In this document: one piece after another, positions 1 to 11,600 of the stretch | Layout: each line of letters begins with the position of its first letter | Position numbering within the stretch: position 1 is the first letter of the stretch | Source: Octopus vulgaris | Lineage: Eukaryota | Direction: 5' to 3' | Assembly (NCBI GenBank): GCA_951406725.2 | Contig: OX597823.1 | Location: 23,560,001-23,624,000, forward strand | DNA: 64,000 nt | Program-made: the position numbers and the translations under genes | The notes under the pieces: generated by a model | The model's input: the letters and a program-made list of their open reading frames with translations, nothing else | Told to the model about the DNA's origin: nothing | Databases searched by the model: none

Positions 1-495
1 TCACTTAGTTTTACTTGTCTACACTTTTTACACCTTTAAAGTATTCCCCATTTGAAGCAATGCATTGGTCCAAGCAAATTTTCCACTATCCAAAGCAGTG
101 CTGGAACTCTTACAAAGTGATACCTTTTAATACCGCCTTTGTTTTTTTTTTCTTCACTTCTTCCACATCTGCAAATTCCATAGCACCAGCTTTTGTCACT
201 ACTGATGACCTTCACAAAAAGTCCAGATCAACTTCCAACAGTTCTTTCAGTTCACAACATGCATTCAGTTGTAACTGCTTTTGATCTTCCGTGAGCAGGT
301 GAGGCACAAATTTTGCTGCACCTCTATTCATTGGCAATTCCTCACTCCTAATTCGTTGGCAGGAGCTTCAGGATACACCTGTCATATCGACAAGTTTGTC
401 AATTGTTCAGTGATAGTCCTCCAAGATCAGATCATGAATTTTCATGATGTTTCCTTTCGTCCAGGAGGTTGACGGTCATCCTGAATGAGACCAGG
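1..495 (-). mobile_element. Mariner remnant
   Basis: Minus-strand helix-turn-helix region and end-type sequence (aagtattccccatttgaagcaatgc) typical of mariner. Confidence 0.6.
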
Positions 496-689
496 TCAAC
501 AATCTTCACACACAACTAAGAGCAGAACAACGATGGCCTGCAGTTGAAGATCTGTTATTAGAAAATCTTGATTAGTCTCCCTTCCAACAATGTTGCAAAT
601 GTAGTATATGGGATTTAACTCTGACAAGTTTGGTGTTACATGTTGGTAAAGATTGTCAGACATTCATTCTTGAATTATGTGGGCTTTGT

Positions 690-1225
690 GAAGAGGTTCT
701 GAGTCTTGTTGAAACATGTAGGCCCTTCCACGTCATACTTCATCCATTCAGGGCTTAACAATTGCATCCTGCATTTCAACATATCCAGCATCATTAATTC
801 TAAAACCCTGTGGAAAGATGTGAGATGGCATGACATGCACTACATTACTCATCACTCCTAAAACCATCTCAGTTGCTGGAAACTCAGTGCTCATCACTCT
901 TGGAACATTAAAAGAATCTGAATATAACCATGGTATTTCTCCTGTCAGACTTCTGGTCTTAGTTGAAGTTTTTCTCACCAGAGAAGAATCAAAGCTAGTT
1001 ATGTTTGTTTGTGAGGGGTTTTAACCTTGTTAAGTAACCACTTGGTATTATGAAATAGTTTTCATGTGTCTTTGCTGGCATGAGTTAGCCTTTCCTTAGT
1101 ACATATGACTTGTATTGAATGCCCTTGTACACCACAGTTTTGATAGCCCTTTCTGATACCCAAAGTTTTTTTGGTGATGGCTCTATTGATTTTCTAAGAT
1201 CAGCATCAATAATATTTTGAAATTG
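690..1225 (-). mobile_element. Fragment of the same Tc1/mariner-superfamily type
   Basis: MVLGVMSNVVHVMPSHIFPQG parallels [20 protein letters not shown] of the 8786-10051 element. Confidence 0.7.
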
Positions 1226-1239
1226 ATGACAAAAAAGAT

Positions 1240-3033
1240 TTATAAATTTTTACACGATAGAAATTTTCAATTACGGATTGATCATCATCTGTTATTATCT
1301 ATATATGTGTTGAAGAAAGGAATCCCTACGCATGCTGCAAATAGGTTGCAATGCTGAGGTACTATATTACCAAACTATGAGTTTATACCATCTAAGAAAT
1401 TAGGACATGCTGATTGTTTATCAAAACTGATTTTGAAAAATACTGAGCTATTTGAGGATACCATGATTGCTATGTCGTGAGTGGAAAATGAAATTTAAAA
1501 TATTTAGTGTAACATCATACATAAACTACTAGTTACATTTCAAGACATAAAATTAAAAGCAGGAGATGATAAATTCATAAAAAAAAAATTGAAATGCTGA
1601 GGCTAAAAGAAATAAAAATATGTTTTGCTGAATACAACACAAATTTGAAACTATGCTCAATGTGTGGAAGTATGTTGATGTATTCACAAAGAGTTGTAGT
1701 GCTACCCAGACTACAAAAGCAATAACTAAAAGAATTTCACATTGTTCACTCAGAGATTTTGAGAATAAAATCGTTAATGTGAAGTTATATGTATTGGTCA
1801 AGAATGGACCATGATATTTAAGGACTTGTGAAGCAGAGCCTGTACCCCAGCTGCAAAATCACCTACCACTAAATGGTAACTGTGGTCAAAAGCAGATATT
1901 TCACGGTCCAGACTACATGTTAATTATGCAGGGCCTCTTAAGGGTTCATATTACTTTGTTGTGATGGACAGTTTTTCAAAGTGGCTTGAAGTGCATAAGT
2001 GTAAAAAGCATATCCGCAGTTATAGTAAGTTTTTTACTTGAATTATTTACCAGATATGGTATTCCAGATACCATTGAGTCTGACAATGGAACTCAGTTTA
2101 CTTCAGGCAAGTTCAAAAGATTTTGTAAAATGTTCGTTATCGAACATGTAACCACTCTGCCATAATATCCTAGGTCAAGTGGACAAGTGGAGTGTTTTGT
2201 TGATACTTTTAAGTGGGCTTTAAAAAAGGTGAACAATGAAGTAATGGATGACCTAGCACTTCAACAATTTCTAAGAGTATACTGAGTAACATCTAATCTG
2301 AATATCCCATTTGGAATGTCACCTGTAGAATTAATACTTACTAAAAAGATCAGATCCATCTTTGATGGGTTGATACTGAGTAAAAGAAGAACAATGGCAA
2401 GCATCAAATATACTTCAAAATTCTTCAAGATAGATGATAAAGTTTTTTTCAAATCATATAGATATGGTAAAGAAAGCTGAAACAAATTGGAAAAATATTA
2501 TTCTTGGTAAAAGGAAAAAATTTGAAACATAAGAGACATATAAACCGACTCAAAAAATGATGTATGGAAGAAAAGATGAAATCCCCTTGGAAGTATTGTA
2601 TGACACATTTGAGGTACCAGCACTCAAACAAATTGAAGTGATACATTCAGGTAACAGAAAAAGGAAAAGACTGGAAATACTGAGATTAAACCCTAATTGT
2701 GAGAGATATTAAACTCTGGGTAGAATTTAATTCTCAAAAATGAGAGAAGGTATGGGAGGCTAATTCTCAAAAGAGGAGATGTTGTAGAATGATCCTGACC
2801 ACCCCCATGTGACCAAAAATGGACTGATGCATTTCAATAAAATGAAGAACTGTCAAAGTTGACAGTCAGCAGTTGATAACATTTATTGTTCATATTGGAT
2901 TGCTGTGTTAGTTTAATATTGTACCTACATTTGGTGTTGAATGGAGTATGTTGTGCATGAACATATTAATTCTGTGAGAGGTTATTCTAGATGACCATAT
3001 CAAACTATTTATTTGGGTAATACTATTCCTACA
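1240..3033 (+). mobile_element. Decayed Ty3/Gypsy 3' half (RNase H, integrase, PPT, probable 3' LTR ~2780-3033)
   Basis: Fragments KKGIPTHAANRLQ, HADCLSKL, SRLHVNYAGP, DSFSKWLEV, SDNGTQFTS; purine tract aaaagaggaga followed by TGTTGTAG. Confidence 0.85.
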
Positions 3034-3249
3034 CACTTTTGCATGCTCGAACATGCACCTCCTTGCAGTGAGATATTCAACTCCATGGCATAACAAAAGC
3101 CATGTGTCTGAACCATTGGGCAGTCATGATTAATGAATTAGACAAAGTTTAAAAAGAAGCCGGTGTTTGAATTAGTTTACAATAGTATGTATGTATGTCT
3201 TTGCTTTCACTTTTTAATTGAGAGTAAATTCTGACCAACTACTGACTTT

Positions 3250-3520
3250 GTAGTAAGGTTGTGAAGGAAAGTATCTTGATTTAACCATCATTCTTTAAAT
3301 CTTAAAGAAGACTTGCAGATTTTTACAGTCCCAGATATCATGATCAGTTGTAGTATATGAATTAAAAACTTGCATTCTCTCCCTAAGATTCTAAGGTCAG
3401 CTGTTCTTTGCTCCAGATGGGTTGGTATGTATTCTGTTGCTCCATTAATAATGGGTATAAAGCTGAAAGTATATCTTGGGTACTGGATTTGCAAACTCCT
3501 TCTCAATGACCCACTGATGT
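3250..3520 (-). mobile_element. 3' remnant of RLE-type LINE
   Basis: LQIQYPRYTFSFIPIINGATEYIP resembles the RLE C-terminal 'PIIIGA.G' motif. Confidence 0.45.
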
Positions 3521-3783
3521 ATTTTTATAACAACATTCATGTCTAGTGGGTATGCATGCTCCCTGGATACAAATGAATAATATCCGTGAGAGACAGAAAT
3601 GAAATATCAAAATTAAAAATTTTCAGACATGATATGCTCAATTTAATGTTGATATTTCAGCCTTTGGTTGGCATGTACTTATGTACATAAATGTGTGATT
3701 ACGTGCACATATATCTGAATATGAACAAATGTGTCTGTGTGCATTTGTACATATGTGTGTGTATGTGTAGATTTTCTTTGCAG

Positions 3784-3871
3784 AGTAAATACTGACGACA
3801 TCAAAAGTGAAGTGGAAAACTTTTCAAATTCTTCTGTTACATCATTTGTGATGTAACTATATATGTAAAAG
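3784..3871 (+). other. Candidate upstream (leader/signal-peptide-like) exon, apparently defective as assembled
   Basis: ttttctttgcAG acceptor and aag|GTaaa donor; GTG-KWKTFQILLL in one frame and IICDVTIYVK-G (phase 1) in another; needs a frameshift and has no ATG. Confidence 0.3.
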
Positions 3872-4916
3872 GTAAAATATTTTTCTACTTGGGGTGAGAG
3901 GTATGTATATATGTATCTTTTAATAAATACATGTTTTTATGTATTACTATTTGTTTCATGTGTTGAGAACATGCCAAACAGTATTTTATAACAAGTCTGG
4001 TGTCCTAGCACAATTATCAGATGCTGCCCACATGACTCAACAAGCAAAAAATGAGACAAGAGAGGAAGTGAGAAAAGGTGAGAAGGAAGTATATATAAAA
4101 GCTGTAAGACAAAAACGAAATCAGAAAGAAGTAAAAAGGGGAATTAGAATTATTTCACTTAGACCATAAATTAAAAGGCTGAAAAAATAGTAGCTTAGAG
4201 CCTATGGTACAGTTATTCAATTTGGTGAGGGAAGCACTTTCCAATTTGTCAATAAGAACTTAGCCATATACTTAGAACCACTGAAAATTTCAGATCTAGA
4301 GTTCAGCTGTGAGAGTTCTTAGATCTGAAAAAAGGATCTGAGTTCTTTCAACTATGCTTACACTCTTTTGAGCTGTTAATATAAGCTGTGAAATTTTTGA
4401 CTATATTCTCACTTTATCATATGTGGTGTGTCATTTGATTTCAAACCTCATACATGGCTAGCCAACTTAGTAGCTTTACTTTTGTCCCTTGTTGGAAGAA
4501 AGACATGAGATTAGCATAGCAATTTTTGAATTCTCCTTCACATAGTCTGATATAGTTCTTCTTATTGGTTATGTTATTATCTGGTGTTGTTGAAACTTCT
4601 GCCTCATATATGATAGATTTAATCATGCATTGCTGGTCAAGTGGACAGGTTCCTGGGTCTCAACAGCTAAAACTGGGAGTGGGCTTTTGGTGTTGGTCTT
4701 GTGTAATGAAACTCTTCATATTGGAGCAGCAGCTATATGATAATTTCACTGAGTGCCTGTTAGATATTTTCTTGTACCTGTGATTTTCTGGAAAATGTTT
4801 GTCTTGGAGAGACAGGAATCTTTTACCTATGTTAGTTTTTACATTAAGAGAAACAGGAGTGGCAAACCAAATTTTCTCAGGTCTATTATATTAGGTTTAC
4901 TATTATTATTCTGATT

Positions 4917-5141
4917 AAGGCGGTGAGCTGGCAGAATTGTTAGCACAGTGGGCAAAATTCTTAGTGGTGTTTTGTCTGCCAGCACATTCTGAATTCAAAT
5001 TCTGCCAAGGTCAACTTTGCCTTTCATCCTTTTACGGTCGTTAAATTAAGTACTAATTGAGCACTAGGATCGATGTAATTGACTTAACTCCTCTCCCCAA
5101 AATTTCAGGCATTGTGCCTATAGTAGAAAGGATTATTATTA
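4917..5141 (+). mobile_element. CORE-type SINE (other copies ~23900-24060, 27460-27595, 35075-35285 minus, 38085-38270, 45745-45960 minus, 57355-57560)
   Basis: tRNA-like head, ttgcctttcatcctt..taaattaagtac core, (ATT)n tail. Confidence 0.75.
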
Positions 5142-5654
5142 TTCTGATTAATATTAGAGGGATTATATATTAATTTATCCATAAAGCCACTATTGGCTAG
5201 GGCATTGTTGTTGTAGGGTACTGCCTTCTGAAAAATTTCTTTAAAGAAAGAGAGGTTAGAAACTCTGTTACTAATGTAGGTTGTCAGGTTTTTAAATACT
5301 ACTGGAGGATGACAAGATTCTTTGTGTATATAGAAAAGTTTTTCATTTGGCTAATGGGGAGGTTTATCAGGGGAATAATTCAGGTCTAGGAAAACAGCTA
5401 AAAAATCAACTTTACACAAATTAATAGCAGATGTGATTTAAGGCCTAGTTGTTTCCTAAATTTATCAAGGATGTAACCATCACAGCCATGGGAAATACCC
5501 AAACTGGGTATTAAACAGATTGAGATCTAAGTACCCTTATCATGACGTTGGTCTATATCAAGACAACAGTTCTGTTAGTGTGTGTGTGTATGTGTGTGTG
5601 TTAATATTTGTGTGTATGTGAAATTTTCTCTCTTCTGATTATTGTTCACTACCT

Positions 5655-6020
5655 TTTTCTTGTTTCAGTCATTAAACTGTGATCATGCTGGGGCACTGTC
5701 TTGAATTTTTAGTCAAATAAATCAACCCCAGTACTTCTTTTTAAACCTGGTACTTATTCTGTTAGTCGCTTTTGCCAAACCACTTAGTTATGGTGATGTA
5801 AACAGACCAATACCAGTTGACAAGTAGTGGTAGGACACACATACACACACACACATATATATATGATAGGCTTTTTCAGTTTCCATCAACTAAATCCAAT
5901 CACAATGTTTTGTTCAGCTGAGACGTATTGTAGAAGACACTTGCCAAAGGTGCCATGCGGTGGGACTGAACCTGGAACCATGTGGCTGAGTAGCAAACTT
6001 CTTACCATACAGCCATGCGG
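5655..6020 (-). mobile_element. tRNA-derived SINE (related piece ~37210-37365)
   Basis: Minus strand gcatggctgtatggtaagaag..ggttcagtcccac..ggcaagtgtcttctac..aataagtacca. Confidence 0.7.
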
Positions 6021-7476
6021 AATCAAATTTTACAAAGCCAACCAGTTCAATATTTTATATGAGCAATTTATTATGAAAAAGCAATCCATCCATAAAATTA
6101 TTTTTCAGTGTGCGACACCCTCTCAGATTTAATACAAATTCAGTTATGCCATAAGGTATATTCAAAACTTTGCCAGAATGTTGTAGATAATTCAATTTTA
6201 CATTGCCTTTCTGATGGTGTGCCTTTGTTTAGGATTAAATGGCCATAACAATACTTGGTGCATTGACCATCTGTTGGGCAGCACAAAGTGCCCCATTAGA
6301 AGAAAGATGTATAAATGGATTACATGAAGCTTAAATTTTGAATTCAAATGAATCTCAATATACAGTTCTATATTTAAGAGATGAAGAATTATGTACATTA
6401 TTTACATTCGACGGCTTCAGCTGATATACCCTCCAGCCTTGGGTATTTTTCGATGTTATTATTTTTATTATTGTTATTGTTCAGGTATACTGCTTGGTAT
6501 CGAACTTGGAATCTTAAAGTTAGCAGCCTGCGCTCTTAACCACCACGCCATATGCCCATGGGCAATTATGGAGTGAATTTTAGGGCTTATAAATCTAATA
6601 TTTTTCTATCCTTCCTTAATGCCGATTCCCATATGCTGCTCATATCTGCACTCAGTCTGCTTAGGAGGTTATTGTGTCCTAGCATATGTGCTGCTTCTTT
6701 TAGTTTCCATATTTTCCACTGGTGTTCTCTATCTATTATTTTAATTTCATCCCACAGGGGGAGGTGATCTCCATTTTTCCATACATCAACTTCAATTCCA
6801 CCATCCATACAGTGTAAAGAGATGGATTGCTCAGTACCTAAAGCATCGTGCAAAGAATATAAGTAGCGATCGTAATACACACCACAAAGAAATGATCAAG
6901 CTCAATAATGATCTGTTAAGCAACAACTACCCCAAAAGTATACTATCCACTTCAATTATGAAGAAGAGAGAGAATGAGGCCAAGAAACTGTCCACAGTCT
7001 GTCTACTCTATGTAAAAGGCCTCTCTGAAAAGATACAAAAGATATGCGGCCCATATGACATCAAGACAGTATTCAAGAATAATACAACACTTCACAAATA
7101 TCTCCTTCGAGTAAAACCACCAATAGAAGAGAATGTGACTAAAGACTACGTGTACTCCATCCCATGCAGCTGTGGTAGGTTATACAAAGACGAAACATGC
7201 CACCCCCTCAAAATAATGGTAGACGAACATCGCAAAGCTATGGCATGAGATATTGATAAATCAGGTATAGCTGATCATGTATAGAAAAATGAAGACCATC
7301 TTCCCCTGTGGGATGAAGTTAAAATAATAGAAAGAGAACACCACTGGAAAATAGGAAAACTAAAAGAAGCAGCACATATGCTAGGACACAATAACCTCCT
7401 AAGCAGACCTAGTGGGAATCAGTATTAAGGAAGGATAGAAAAATATTAGATTTATAAGCCCTAGAATTCATTCCAT

Positions 7477-7551
7477 GGGCATATGGCGTAGTGGTTAAGA
7501 GCGTGGGCTACTAACCCCAAGATTCTGAGTTCAATTCCAAGTAGTAACCTG
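7477..7551 (+). other. tRNA-derived segment (A and B boxes) within the Penelope repeat; inverted copy at ~6478-6558
   Basis: tggcgtagtggttaa (A box), gagttcaattcc (B box); inverted copy has a CT-GCT-AA anticodon-like loop; acceptor stem does not pair. Confidence 0.7.
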
Positions 7552-7644
7552 AACAATAATAATAATAATGATAATAATAATAATAATAATAATAACATTG
7601 AAAAATACCTGAGGAATGAGAGCCCAGGTTCGAAATTTCCTGAA

Positions 7645-7690
7645 GACACCTGAAGAAGGCTGGAGGGTGTATCAGCCGAAATGTTGTGTT
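7645..7690 (+). ncRNA. Minimal type-I hammerhead ribozyme motif in the Penelope terminal repeat
   Basis: Stem I GACAC/GTGTT, core CTGAAGA, stem II GGCTGG/TCAGCC, then GAAA-TGTT. Confidence 0.65.
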
Positions 7691-7909
7691 AACAGCAAAC
7701 AAGATGAGGACAAATATCCATTGAATGTAAATAATGAATCTCAAGATGTACTACAGCTCCATGAATGCAGACTAAGTTGCCATGTTGTGGATCAATTCTG
7801 TGTTTATAATATATTGTCCATTTAAAACAAATTATGCACAGGCGCTATTTCATAGTTAATGTGTATTTGAGTATAAAATATATTTCTTGTTTTCTTTCTC
7901 CTTTTCTAG

Positions 7910-8143
7910 CCAAAGACGAATTTTTGACATTTAAAAGAACTGGCATACCAGGGTATGATACATTTGGGCGGCTGAAAAATGTGAGCTTAAAGGAGTGTGA
8001 TCATGCTTGTCATCAAATTCCAGGATGTAACTCTTATGAGTATAATGAAAGAGAAATGTCCTGTGATCCAAGTAATGTGACCCACTTGACTCATAATCTT
8101 CAACCCAGCAAATGGGGCTGGGACATTTACATCACTAACCCAG
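7910..8143 (+). CDS. Exon A1: PAN/apple domain, type A
   Basis: cttttctAG|c ... ccag|GTcag; [32 protein letters not shown] = C-x3-C-x5-C..C PAN core. Confidence 0.9.
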
Positions 8144-8607
8144 GTCAGTAGAGCGTTTACATTTCATTTAATGTGTCATTATGCACATGTATTTGTGTTT
8201 GTGTGTATTTACTTACACATATACATATATGTATCTGTGTGTGTGTTAAATGATGATAATGATGATATCTATATGCACAAAGTTTTCATATATTCATTGA
8301 AATTGCAAGTTTCATAATCCACTGATAAGGTACAGGGATGTAAAAACACCAACACTGGTTGTCAAATGGTGGTACAAATGCAGATACTAAGACACATACA
8401 TATAGACATATATATATTTATATATATACACATATATATACATACATATCATCATCATCATCATCATCATCATCATTTAACGTCCGCTTTCCATGCTAGC
8501 ATGGGTTGGACGGTTCAACTGGGGTCTGGCAAGCCCAAGGCTGCACCAGGCCAGTCAGATCTGGCAGTGTTTCTACAGCTGGATGCCCTTCCTAATGCCA
8601 ACCACTC

Positions 8608-8660
<53 letters not shown>

Positions 8661-11600
8661 GTGTATATATGTATATATACATATGTATATATACATATGT
8701 ATATGTATACATACATGCATACATACATACATACATACATACATACATACATACATACATACATACATACATACATACATACATACAGGGTGCGATGGGT
8801 AAATTGTCACCATTTTATATTTAATTTCATGTATGTGCATTGTATAGTATAGTAGGATCAACTGGGCATTGTCTGTGAAAAAAACAGCACCATGGCACAA
8901 TTCACTCTGCCAGAAATTGGGAAATGACATGCTGTACTGCTTGGCATTTGCACCAGAAGCTCCGATGCAAACATTTTGGAGTGTTTAGGTGTCAATCTGA
9001 GGACAGAGCAGAGAGGATTCGGAAAGAGTTGGATGAGTCAAGGTGATTATGAAGGTATGGCAGCTCAGAAAACTCCCTCTGATTGTTCTGAGAAAAGAAA
9101 AGAACTCTTAAATTTGTTGGTGAGATCCAGGCTATGATTGATGATGGTCAATCTCCAAGTCAATCAGGTCCATCACCAGGGACATGGCAGTGTCTGAATT
9201 TCTTATTAAGCAGCTAGTACATGAAGAGATTCGATATTCTTCACATAAGATGAGAAAGGGCTTATCTTAATCCCAGGCCATCAAGGACAAGACAGAAAAC
9301 CACACTATGAAGCTTTTGAACAAACTCAAGCATCGCCTCCAACTGAACATGCTTTGATTTTTCTCAGATGAGAAAATTTCTGCCAGGATCAGATGATGAA
9401 CACACAGAACAGCCATTGGCTTGCTCTGTCCCAAAACATGTACTGAGAGTGATAAAAACCAAACATCCAATCAACATCCTGGTGTTTGCAGTAATTGCTA
9501 GTGATGGCAACATTATGCCTCCATTCATCTTCCCACATGTCCTCAGACTCATCATGGTGCCAACATTAAGTACCAGGAGGAGGTACTGCTGCCCTGGGTC
9601 AAGAGAGTGGCTGCTAGAAGACCCTTTGTCTGGCAAGAGGAATATGCACCATGCCACACAAGCAGCAGAAACCAGTTATGGCTGTCAGACAATTTCTGTG
9701 ATCACATAACCCCTAGCATCTGACCACCTAACTTCCCTGATACAATCCCTTTGATTATCATGTGAGGTGCACAGTTGAGTGAGAAACCAACAAAACTGCT
9801 TATAACACCAAAGATGAACTGAAAGCAAGGATTATGGCAACTTAAGGAAATTGTCCAGGAGAGTTGCAGGATATTTGGAAGTTGTCTGGAGGCCATGATT
9901 GAAGCCAATGGTGATTTTATTGAAAAGAATTTTCACCTTAGTATTTCAAGATATTTTTATGTAATTTTGGTAAATATATCTCTTAAAATGAGATATCAGA
10001 TTTATTTTCATTTTTGTGTAATTTTGACAACAATTTATTCACCACACCCTGTATATATATCATCAACATCATCATCGTTTTTAACGTCCGTTTTCCATGT
10101 TAGCATGGGTTGGATGGTTCAATTGGGGTCTGGGAAGCCAGGAGGCTGCACCAGGCTCCAATCTGATCTGGCAGTGTTTCTACAGCTGAATGCTCTTCCT
10201 AATGCCAACTATCCGAGAGTGTAGTGGGTGCTTTTTACATATCACCAGCACAGGGGTCAGAAGAGGCTGTCATCGACCATGTTTGGATAGTGCTTTTACA
10301 TGCCACCAGTATGGGAGCCAGAGGGGGCTGACATCATATATATACATACATGCACAAGGTGGTATCAAAAGGTTCCCAGATTAGATATGGTTAATAAAAA
10401 ATAACCTATCTACCTACCTTTTAACATTCTCCTTTGAAATAGTTTCCCTGTGCAGCAATACACTAGTCCCAGTATTCCTGCCACTTTCGGAATCTGGCTT
10501 GGAAGTTGTTTCGGTAAGTGAGCCAAGGACCTTTTTGATTCACTCTGGATCTTGACAAGCAATGTTAAAATGGCAACCTTTGAGCTGCATTTTCATCTTG
10601 CAGAAGAGATGGAAGTCGGCAGAAGCTAAATCTGGCAAATAGGGCAAGTGTGGAATCAATACCCCGTTGCTTTTGACAAGAAACTCTGTTTCTAATTCTA
10701 CTATCATGTCATCCCATAAGTTTTGTCTGAATTTTGAATAAAGAAAACAAGTGATCAAATGCTATATTGAAATTTAATCATTAGTGTACTTTCCTTGATT
10801 ATCTATGACTTCCTTCCATCTATTTACAAGCTTTTTAATCCCATCAATGTAAAATCTTTTGGTTTCAAAGCAAAGAACTCTGAAATGTCAGTATCGACCT
10901 CCTCCTGGCTTGTGAAAGTTATGTCCCCCAAATGATTCTGTAAACTATGAAACAAATGGTAGTCTGAAGGAGCAAGGTTGGGAGAATAAGGTGGATGAGG
11001 AATTTTTTCCCAACCAAGCTCTTTGATCTTTTGTGATGTGATCTTTGCAGTGTGGGGTTGCACATTGTGCTGATGAAACATCACTCCCTTGCAGTTCACT
11101 AGAGCGGGTTTTTTTTTCTTCAAAGCTTGGTTCAAATGCTCTAATTGTTGACAGTAGACTTGAGCATTGATTGTTGCACTAGATGGGAACAATTCAAAGT
11201 GAATTACTCCTTTGCAATCCCACCAGATAGAGAGAAGAACCTTTTCCCAATGAAGTTCCCTTCTTGGTTGTGGTTGAGCTTTTTCCCTTTTACCAAGCCA
11301 CTGTTTGTGATGTTTAACATTTCAATAGAAGATCCATTTTTTGTCACCAATCACAAGTTTATCCAAAAAGGGTGAAATGAGTTCACGAGAATGGAGAGAA
11401 GAGCAAATGTCAGCTTGGGATTTGCAGTTGCTTTCAAACAATTCATGAGGCACACATTTTCCAAGTTTAGGAACCTTTCCAAGTTGTTGAAGATGATGAT
11501 GAACAGTTGTATGGTTTGAACTAAGCTTTATTGCCAGTTCTTCAACTGATAATGCAGAATTTTATTCAAGTAATGCCTAAAGGAGCTTATCATCAAACTC

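Larger units (their letters stand above)
6405..7745 (+). mobile_element. Penelope-like element fragment: GIY-YIG endonuclease with inverted terminal copy
   Basis: LYVKGLSEKIQKI, VYSIPCSCGRLYKDET..EHRK; 6410-6790 is the reverse complement of ~7265-7685. Confidence 0.88.

Noticed and set aside
3939-4169. 76-aa charged ORF as a host exon
   Set aside because: No convincing splice sites or domain similarity; likely decayed repeat sequence.
7477-7551. Functional tRNA gene
   Set aside because: Acceptor stem does not pair, the two copies disagree in the anticodon loop, and it sits inside a Penelope repeat.
8366-8930. ORFs with poly-His, IYIY and HTYI repeats
   Set aside because: Translations of (CAT)n, (TA)n and (TACA)n microsatellites.
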